From positions 1 through 64,000 of the IMG/VR virus record IMGVR_UViG_3300009130_000013: a stretch of 64,000 nucleotides of DNA; one strand, given 5' to 3'. This stretch comes from a virus. Position 1 is the stretch's first letter. Each line of letters begins with the position of its first letter. The notes under the pieces were generated by a model, which saw only the letters and a list, made by a program, of their open reading frames with translations, did not search any database and had not been told where the DNA came from. Shown piece by piece: positions 57,040 through 64,000 of the stretch. The position numbers were made by a program, and so were the translations under genes.

Positions 57040-57754
57040 GTTCCGCTCCTTCTCCTGGCGCTGGATTTAAATTCGTACTTGGAATATGACCTTCTAAATC
57101 ACCTTCCGACTCATAAGCATTTTGAGTTGGTTTGCCTTTAATAAGATGTGAAGGCCTATTATTAAAACCCACCCAGTTACCTTTCTTGTCTATAGTAAAT
57201 CTGACTAGGCTTTTTTCTTCCCAACGTCTACTGTATGTTCCTTCGCCTTTATACATAACTTTATACGGGTTAATTTTAATAACTTCTATTGTATACTTTG
57301 TTGGTACCCTGTCACCTTTTATACCACCATCTACTTTCTTTACAAAAGGTCTCGCATATACGTGAAGCATAACTTGGTATTCACCAGCATAAGTACCTCT
57401 TAATGTAACTATCTCCCTATTCAATTCTATTATAGTTTCATTACCATATTCATCTATCATTTTATCGTTTTTAGAACCTAAGTCATCTTTTTCAAGATTC
57501 ATAAAACCACTAGTCTTGTTTTTAAAACTAACTACTCCACCACTTGGATCAGAAACCCAAAGATCTATATCATCTTTTGATTGGTGTTCCCATTCCATTA
57601 CAATTATATACTCTGCTTTTTTTACTATATCAGCCTCTTTTGCTGGTGGTTGAATAAGCAAAAAAGCAATAATAAACATGGCTCCGAATCCTGCTAACAA
57701 GATCCAGAGCATATCTAAGAACGAGGTTATACTTTTAAATTTTGTTCTATTCGC
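57029..57754 (-). CDS. single-TM protein with MotB/ExbD-like Asp helix and YfaP/DUF2135-like extracytoplasmic domain
   Basis: ITSFLDMLWILL TM; W....DDIDLWVSDPSG, LEKDDLG, NREIV, GEYQV.LHVY. Confidence 0.7.
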   Translation of the reverse strand, partial: ANRTKFKSITSFLDMLWILLAGFGAMFIIAFLLIQPPAKEADIVKKAEYIIVMEWEHQSKDDIDLWVSDPSGGVVSFKNKTSGFMNLEKDDLGSKNDKMIDEYGNETIIELNREIVTLRGTYAGEYQVMLHVYARPFVKKVDGGIKGDRVPTKYTIEVIKINPYKVMYKGEGTYSRRWEEKSLVRFTIDKKGNWVGFNNRPSHLIKGKPTQNAYESEGDLEGHIPSTNLNPAPGEGAEHGL

Positions 57755-58238
57755 CATCTTCTTGATCAAATTCTATATTCATTAATTGAACTTTTGTAAT
57801 TAAAGCACCTATCATACCACATATAGTAGTATACATCGCAGTTGAAAGTCCCCTAGCCATATGACCCAAAGCGTCTTTAAGATCTTCTGGGTTACTTGGA
57901 TCTATCTGGTCGAATATCATTCCAAATAAATATATCATTCCTGCGATCGTTCCAATCAATCCTAATGTCATCATTGTTTCTGAACAGAACCAACAGACAT
58001 CAATAACCTTTTTGGTGAATCCATTATACTCTTTATCTTTAGCATCAATGTTAGTTCTATAGGCGGCAATACCTGTTAGTATTGTTGCTATTAAAAATAC
58101 GCCATATATTATAAAACTAATATTAGTAACGTCAGCATGATAGATATCTTTAAATACACCAAAATGCCATAACGGATAAATGCCACACAGAGTAATCGTT
58201 GTAAGCAACCACCAACGAGGCAGAGTTTTTCTTATCAT
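57747..58238 (-). CDS. MotA/TolQ/ExbB proton-channel family protein
   Basis: LGLIGTIAGM...GLSTAMYTTICG. Confidence 0.85.
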   Translation of the reverse strand: MIRKTLPRWWLLTTITLCGIYPLWHFGVFKDIYHADVTNISFIIYGVFLIATILTGIAAYRTNIDAKDKEYNGFTKKVIDVCWFCSETMMTLGLIGTIAGMIYLFGMIFDQIDPSNPEDLKDALGHMARGLSTAMYTTICGMIGALITKVQLMNIEFDQEDGE

Positions 58239-59260
58239 TTTGTTTTTCCTTCTGCTTCATCTAGAGCTCCGTTGAATTCCCTTATACGTTTAATAACTGA
58301 TAAAAAGTCTACGATAGTAGTCCATCTATCTATAAAGAATCCCATCGAACTTTCAACTCGTCCAAAGGCGTTAAGCACTTGGAACAAGACCCCTAGAGTA
58401 ATTAGTTGATCAAAGTATGCTGGTGCTAATACAATTAAAGCTAAATTACCAACAGCTAATCCAAAAGAAGTTTGCCAAACACCAAAGCCCATATACCAGT
58501 TAAACAGTCTGTAATAGTTCTTTTTAACTGCCGAGAACATTGGAAATAAAACATCTGTAGCTCTTTCTTTAAAATTGTCTTCTGAAAATACTAATTGCTT
58601 CCTAAAAGTTGCTTCTACTTTCTGGTTGTTATATTCAAGTTTAGGAAGTTTCCAACCCAGAACAACTGATATTAGTGTACCACCCAATGATACGCCTAAT
58701 GCTACCCATACTAAAAACCCAGGAATTATTTGGCCATTCCATACTGGTAAGCCTTCTGATAAATTCCATAGGATTGGAAGGAAGGCAAACAATATCAATA
58801 TAGACGAAAAGAATCCAGTAAACAATCCTTGTAATGTTTTACCGAATATCATTAAGTCTTCTTGAATACGCTGGCTTCCACCTTCTATTTGAGCGTCACA
58901 ATTTTCCCACCTTCTTAGGTAGTAGTGTGTATTAGCCTCTCGCCAATGGAAACAATATCTTTGTGTTTGCCACGTGGCGTAAACGGCTATTGGAACATAC
59001 AAGCCTATAATTTCAATAAATGAAGGCATGGTATCTTCTGTTAGTGTAACGAAATCCCAAATCCTCTCGAGATTAAACCCTAGAAATAATTCCCAAAATC
59101 TATCTTCTTGAAGAGATTGAATAGCGTCATAAATTTCTTTATTCCAAGCATTATAAAATACTAGAATTTCTACAGTATACCAAGATATACTTAATAATAA
59201 TGACAACATAACCCAAGCATAAAAGGCCTGACTTCGTTCTAAGAAAAATGACTTTAACAT
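58235..59260 (-). CDS. sbmA: SbmA/BacA-family peptide importer
   Basis: M.KSFF, N.W...YDAIQ, F.WR.A...Y, IEGGSQRIQED, LEYNNQKVEA.FRK.LV..ED; no NBD. Confidence 0.88.
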   Translation of the reverse strand: MLKSFFLERSQAFYAWVMLSLLLSISWYTVEILVFYNAWNKEIYDAIQSLQEDRFWELFLGFNLERIWDFVTLTEDTMPSFIEIIGLYVPIAVYATWQTQRYCFHWREANTHYYLRRWENCDAQIEGGSQRIQEDLMIFGKTLQGLFTGFFSSILILFAFLPILWNLSEGLPVWNGQIIPGFLVWVALGVSLGGTLISVVLGWKLPKLEYNNQKVEATFRKQLVFSEDNFKERATDVLFPMFSAVKKNYYRLFNWYMGFGVWQTSFGLAVGNLALIVLAPAYFDQLITLGVLFQVLNAFGRVESSMGFFIDRWTTIVDFLSVIKRIREFNGALDEAEGKTK

Positions 59261-59272
59261 TGACTATCTCCT

Positions 59273-60097
59273 CTAATCATGTGTCCCTGACAGTAAAACT
59301 CCTTCACCTGTCACTCCCCAAAAGTTTTTATAATGTGTAGCCAATGTAGCAAGTGCTGGCTTGTACTGAAAATCTCTTGGATTTAAAAAGTACATTGACG
59401 TAGATGGTACTTGAAGAAACAAGTACTTAATATCATCGTCTGTTATACCTAACTGATCAAGCAACATCATTATTGCCGCACTAGTTCTGTACGTTTGTGC
59501 CTCTAAAGCTCGTTTACCAACTTGTGGTAATACTTCATCTGGAGTTCTAGGACTATGTATACCAAAGTACACGTCACCAATTAAGTAACGTTTATCTCCG
59601 CCTAAAAATATTAATGAACACGAAGAAGCACACATAACTTTGCCGTCCTTACTTGGCCATCCTGGTATTGATACCTTGCCAGGATCGTATAGTATTTCAC
59701 CGTCTTCATTAATAACAGGTGTATCTCTAACTACTGTAACTACATTTCGATGTTTTAAATGAGCCGCCAAACAAGCCCCATCAATTAATGATCCACCGGG
59801 GCTTTCTAATATTACAGAAAAAGGCGAGCCATCATTAGGCAATTTAGCTACAATCTTTTCACAGTCGTCAACTTGAACGTAACCAGTCATTGAATATAAT
59901 GACTTTGATAATTGTTTAAATTCTAACCCCGGTAATTGTTCGTCATTAAGTGAATGAGTATAGGGCGGGAATGGCGAAGCACCAGAACCTGTATCTTGGT
60001 TGCTAACAAACCAAAAAATATTTCCCACAAGTATCGATACTAATATAATGCCCGATAATAGGAACCATCTAGTTTCCTGAAAAAACGACTTAAACAT
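59273..60097 (-). CDS. membrane-anchored ClpP/crotonase-fold periplasmic protein (COG3904-like)
   Basis: N-terminal TM; LESPGG, CASSCSLIFLGG, GIHSP. Confidence 0.75.
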   Translation of the reverse strand: MFKSFFQETRWFLLSGIILVSILVGNIFWFVSNQDTGSGASPFPPYTHSLNDEQLPGLEFKQLSKSLYSMTGYVQVDDCEKIVAKLPNDGSPFSVILESPGGSLIDGACLAAHLKHRNVVTVVRDTPVINEDGEILYDPGKVSIPGWPSKDGKVMCASSCSLIFLGGDKRYLIGDVYFGIHSPRTPDEVLPQVGKRALEAQTYRTSAAIMMLLDQLGITDDDIKYLFLQVPSTSMYFLNPRDFQYKPALATLATHYKNFWGVTGEGVLLSGTHD

Positions 60098-60351
60098 ACC
60101 TTTGTTTTCCTTTTCTTCTTAGTAGCCATTTTTGTTTCCTATTTGGGCTTAGAGTTATTTCTGTGACACCTATTGTCTTAATGATAGTCTACACATCCTT
60201 ATTAAAATGTTATAGTATTATTTATTTTAAAATCAAACCATAGATAAATGGCCATTAAAGTTTTTATTTTTTTAACATAAATTAGGTCTTGACAAGTTGC
60301 TCGAAATGTGTTATAGTATACTAATAATAACGAAAATGAATAATCAATAAC

Positions 60352-60969
60352 ATGAAAAAAACAATATTAACAGATGTAGATGGAGTACTCTTAAATTGGG
60401 AGTATGCTTTCGATGTTTGGATGATCGAACAAGGATTTAGAAAACAAGAAGGCGAAGAATTTGTATACGGAATGAATGTTCGTTACGGAATTGAACAATC
60501 ACAAGCCAAAAAACTCATTAAAACCTTTAATGAGAGTGCTGTAATGGGGTTTATTCCTCCTTTAAGAGATGCTGTTGAATATGTAACTAAAATGGCTGAT
60601 GAAGGATATACCTTTCATGCTATTACTAGTATGAGTACACAATATCATGCTAAAAAACTTCGTAAACAAAACTTAGACAAATTATTTGGAGAAAATGTAT
60701 TTACAGAAGTTGTTTGTTTAAGTACAGGTGCTGATAAAGACGAAGCATTAGCAGTATACAAAAATAGTGGAATGTGGTGGATCGAGGATAAAGTAGTTAA
60801 CGCTCATGCGGGAGCAAGAGTAGGATTAAAGCCTATTGTTATGGAACATGGTTTTAATATGAACGATGAACATTCATTTCCTGTAGCAAAAACCTGGAAG
60901 GACATTTACAACATTGTCAAAGGTAAATCAATAAAAACCGATATACTCAAGATTCAAAAAACTGGATAA
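60352..60969 (+). CDS. HAD-family 5'(3')-nucleotidase-like protein
   Basis: DVDGVL, ITS, WIEDK; TTGACA-17-TATAGT promoter at 60289-60317. Confidence 0.85.
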   Translation: MKKTILTDVDGVLLNWEYAFDVWMIEQGFRKQEGEEFVYGMNVRYGIEQSQAKKLIKTFNESAVMGFIPPLRDAVEYVTKMADEGYTFHAITSMSTQYHAKKLRKQNLDKLFGENVFTEVVCLSTGADKDEALAVYKNSGMWWIEDKVVNAHAGARVGLKPIVMEHGFNMNDEHSFPVAKTWKDIYNIVKGKSIKTDILKIQKTG

Positions 60970-60978
60970 TCACTCAAG

Positions 60979-61008
60979 AAAATAGAGCGATTTTAGGTCG
61001 CTCTATTT
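60979..61008. terminator. bidirectional terminator hairpin
   Basis: AAATAGAGCGA...TCGCTCTATTT. Confidence 0.7.
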
Positions 61009-61233
61009 AAATATTACTTTGATTAACCGCCAGTTACTTCTGCCGGTGTAGGAGTGAAAATTCCGTATTGCCATAACGCCAAAGCGACAACAATAACTAT
61101 TCCTCCCCATATCCATTTATTCTTCATCATTTCAATTTCCTCTAAAATGAGTAAAACTGAGTGCGGTTCAGACTCGCAAAGTTTTTAATTAACTCTTAGC
61201 CACACTCGGAGTCAAACATAATATTCTAATAAC

Positions 61234-61467
61234 TTACTTCGCTTTATATAAGTTATATAAAATCCAAACAGCAACCAAACCAAGTAAACCTTGCTCTGAG
61301 AACCCTGCTAGAATTGACTGAACATTACCTATAACAGATATGTTCGGCCAGAACGGAATGTTTTGACCACTAAAAAGAACTTCAAGCACTATGCCTAAAG
61401 CTATTAGGCTTACGCCTGTGTCAGCTAGAGACGATGCCCAGCCTTTTATTTTTGTCATAATGTCCAT
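61234..61467 (-). CDS. small two-TM membrane protein
   Basis: SD AAGGAG; two hydrophobic helices. Confidence 0.7.
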   Translation of the reverse strand: MDIMTKIKGWASSLADTGVSLIALGIVLEVLFSGQNIPFWPNISVIGNVQSILAGFSEQGLLGLVAVWILYNLYKAK

Positions 61468-61655
61468 ATTGGATCTCCTTTATGTTCACTGAAAAAGTTA
61501 ATCAGCAGTAATATTTACTGGTTCTCCGATCATGAGTTATAACATCTGAAATGGTCTTAGGTACCAAAAACAGCGAAACCGCCAGGACTAATATTCGTGG
61601 CCAGCCAGTTATCCACAAGTTATATAGGTGTTTAACCTCTATTCTTAATTATTCT

Positions 61656-62378
61656 TTAAATTTCGCCATATAATGCTAAAACCTCCGCAACAGCTGGATG
61701 CCGTTCGATGTCTTTGTTTGTGAACTGACAAGATCTAATATATCTCATTTCTTTTCCATTGGTGATCATGTTAAAATTCAATAACCCATTATTAGAATCT
61801 TTCTTATCAGCTTGTTTGACGTCACCGGTTACTACAATCTTTGAACCTTCACCTAAGCGGGTAAGTAACATCTTTATCTGACTTGGAGTGGCATTTTGCA
61901 TTTCATCTGCTATGATCCACGATTTTTTAAAAGTTCTTCCTCGCATGAATGCTAGTGGACTAATTTCTATTATTTCTTCTTCTAACATCCTAGTAATTTC
62001 TTTAGGACTGTAATATTCCTTCAACACGTCAAAGAGGGGCTTTGTCCACGGTTCCATTTTCGCATTTAAATCACCTGGTAAGAAACCATGTCGTTCGTCA
62101 TCAACTCCTACAGCTGGTCTTGTTAATACTAATTTATTAACGTGACTTAATCTCAAAGATCTAATAGCCGCTAACATGGCCAAATATGTTTTACCAGTAC
62201 CAGCTGGGCCGCTAGTAATAGCTATTGAACATTTGGGGTCTGTTAGTATATCCACATAGTGTTCTTGTGCTAAAGATCTAGGTATTATTTGTGGGGGTTT
62301 ATTACGAATGTTGTCAAAATGTAATGTATTATCAGCATAAGCTAGGTTATGCTTTTGTTTTCTGTGTTTTCTTGACAT
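61656..62378 (-). CDS. phoH: PhoH-family ATPase
   Basis: GPAGTGKT, GFLPG, FMRGRTF, DEMQN, GD..Q.D, RHP. Confidence 0.95.
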   Translation of the reverse strand: MSRKHRKQKHNLAYADNTLHFDNIRNKPPQIIPRSLAQEHYVDILTDPKCSIAITSGPAGTGKTYLAMLAAIRSLRLSHVNKLVLTRPAVGVDDERHGFLPGDLNAKMEPWTKPLFDVLKEYYSPKEITRMLEEEIIEISPLAFMRGRTFKKSWIIADEMQNATPSQIKMLLTRLGEGSKIVVTGDVKQADKKDSNNGLLNFNMITNGKEMRYIRSCQFTNKDIERHPAVAEVLALYGEI

Positions 62379-62545
62379 TAGTGCCTCCTATAAACAATGT
62401 CTAGTGGCTCGATTCTTATCCATTTCTATCAGTGGATTTATCTTAACCACTATAAGTATTTAATGAGCAGGAGCAAAACCATATAACTTATGTAATATTC
62501 TTGTTTTTCGAGCTAAATACAACATACATATAGACGGATTATTAA

Positions 62546-63094
62546 ATGAAAGCATTGGACATAACTGAAACACTTAAAACACTATACAACTCTGATAGTT
62601 TTACAGAAACACTAGTAGACTTTGAAAGAGTACTAGATGCTGTTCACCTTTACAGTTATAAGAACTGGTTAGACGGTGAATTAGTCTTAGGACCTGTTAC
62701 TGAACGACATTGGGTAACAGCTTCTTTTTTATGGCCTGAAAAGAAAATGCCAGACCCAGATGGTGCTAGACGACTTTTAGACTATGGTGCTAAAGTAACT
62801 TTTCGAAAAGACATTTTAGAAACACCTATGAAAATAACAGCTGACATGGTTCATAATAGAGACAGCTTTACAGACAGTGGTCGCTATCCTAAAATGATTA
62901 AAGAAAAAGTTTGGATAGTAGAAATTATTATGCCAAAGCAACTAATGACAGAAATTTATAGAGGTAGTGTTGAGATCGAAGGCGACACTTACGACATGGA
63001 AGATATTACAGCAACAAACGAAACTGGAACTACTGAAACAGATATAGTAACTCCAGAACCTGGAGCAGAAATAGACGCAGGAGTAGAAATATAA
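62546..63094 (+). CDS. conserved jumbo-phage hypothetical protein
   Basis: FERVLD..LY.YKNW.GELV.GP..RHWV..MPDPDG. Confidence 0.7.
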   Translation: MKALDITETLKTLYNSDSFTETLVDFERVLDAVHLYSYKNWLDGELVLGPVTERHWVTASFLWPEKKMPDPDGARRLLDYGAKVTFRKDILETPMKITADMVHNRDSFTDSGRYPKMIKEKVWIVEIIMPKQLMTEIYRGSVEIEGDTYDMEDITATNETGTTETDIVTPEPGAEIDAGVEI

Positions 63095-63552
63095 TGGGAC
63101 TCAAACACGGCGACCTTAGAATGACAATTAACGATCATGTTGAAGTAGATCGTTATAAAGCAAAAATGGGCACAGACGAAGATGTTTGTGTTGTTAACTT
63201 TTTTGTTGAAAACAAAGAAGCAGGAAAAGATTTAGTTGACTTTCTAGAATCAGGTTATGAATGGATCTTAGATGCGGCTGTGTCACCAGGCACTAATAGA
63301 CACGGAAAATATATGGTGTTTGTTGAAGCTGAAAGAGATGAAAGCATTAGAGAAAATATTGGATATATGCTTTCAGAAGTAAGCAAAGTTGCTGAAATTG
63401 AAAAATGGAAATTTAGATACAGTAAAAGCCCAATCAGTAAAGAAGTTAATGAAGAAGCATTGGCTTCAATACCAAATTCAGCTGAAACTTATAATCATTT
63501 TTTAGCTGACTCAGAAATAATTGACAATATCAAAAAGGCAATAAACTTATAA
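63094..63552 (+). CDS. conserved jumbo-phage hypothetical protein
   Basis: TAATG coupling; D.YK.KMG.DEDV.V..F.E.GY..ILDA.VS. Confidence 0.7.
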   Translation: MGLKHGDLRMTINDHVEVDRYKAKMGTDEDVCVVNFFVENKEAGKDLVDFLESGYEWILDAAVSPGTNRHGKYMVFVEAERDESIRENIGYMLSEVSKVAEIEKWKFRYSKSPISKEVNEEALASIPNSAETYNHFLADSEIIDNIKKAINL

Positions 63553-63601
63553 TTGCCTTTAATAAGTATGTTAGAAGCATACAACTAGAAGGACATATCA
63601 A

Positions 63602-64000
63602 ATGAGTTTTAAGTTCGATTTTACAAAAGATCAATTATCAAGTATTCTATCAAAAAACAATGAAGTAAATGAATGGTATGAACTAATGAAAGACTTACTA
63701 CCAAAATACGACATTGATACAGAAAATAGAGTAGCAGGATTTTTAGCACAATGCGGACATGAAAGTTTACAGTTTACAGTATTAAAAGAAAACTTAAACT
63801 ACAGTTCAGATGCTCTTAACAGAGTATTTCCAAAGTATTTTAAAAATGCTGGCAGAGATGCTACAGAGTATCACAGGCAACCTGAAAAAATTGCTAACGT
63901 TATCTATGCTAATAGGATGGACAACGGAGACACAGCGTCAGGAGATGGATATAGATTCCGTGGACGTGGTGTAATACAATTAACAGGTAGAAGTAACTAC
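63602..64000 (+). CDS. glycoside hydrolase family 19 endolysin (3' truncated)
   Basis: FLAQCGHES..ENLNYS..YANRM.NG...GDGYRFRGRG.IQLTG. Confidence 0.9.
   Translation, partial: MSFKFDFTKDQLSSILSKNNEVNEWYELMKDLLPKYDIDTENRVAGFLAQCGHESLQFTVLKENLNYSSDALNRVFPKYFKNAGRDATEYHRQPEKIANVIYANRMDNGDTASGDGYRFRGRGVIQLTGRSNY

Noticed and set aside
55883-60097. Zorya defence system or TonB/Tol operon
   Set aside because: The A subunit lacks the long ZorA tail, B lacks an OmpA domain, and there are no ZorC/D/E, TonB or TolA/B genes.
1-64000. CRISPR array, diversity-generating retroelement, integrase/transposase, introns/inteins
   Set aside because: No regularly spaced repeats, no reverse transcriptase or TR/VR pair, and no recombinase were seen; ligase, clamp loader, PhoH and FDH are normal length and uninterrupted.
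1-64000. Stop-codon reassignment
   Set aside because: Recognisable genes are full length in the standard code and end in TAA, TAG or TGA; no suppressor anticodon is present.

Overview
This is an AT-rich, densely coding 64 kb segment of a large lytic tailed phage (jumbo myovirus-like). It is probably marine and probably infects an alphaproteobacterium; both points are inferred from the auxiliary genes. Core phage functions include baseplate/tail proteins, a tail fibre with an S74 chaperone, ATP-dependent DNA ligase, clamp loader, a stand-alone DnaE fragment, MazG, GroES, PhoH, ClpP and a GH19 lysin. There are eight tRNAs. Accessory genes include at least 8 radical SAM genes, a QueC-like enzyme, ferredoxin, IscA, NAD-dependent formate dehydrogenase, a SET domain protein, an AsnRS-like catalytic core and an ACP-like protein. 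Two promoter classes are readable: sigma70-type early promoters, six of which carry a helically phased IHF-consensus site, and TAA(A/G)TA late promoters that often sit 5-8 nt before an ATG. Four observations stand out: (i) a complete tRNA-Trp(CCA) nested in-frame on the same strand inside an intact protein-coding gene; (ii) a six-gene membrane operon joining a MotA/TolQ-type plus Asp-bearing MotB/ExbD-type motor pair to an SbmA/BacA importer and two ClpP-fold proteins; (iii) a late operon alternating radical SAM enzymes with five paralogues of an unnamed PxG[AG]GxxFxGxLQ family; (iv) an ACP homologue lacking the phosphopantetheine serine. All calls come from manual motif reading; no database searches were run.
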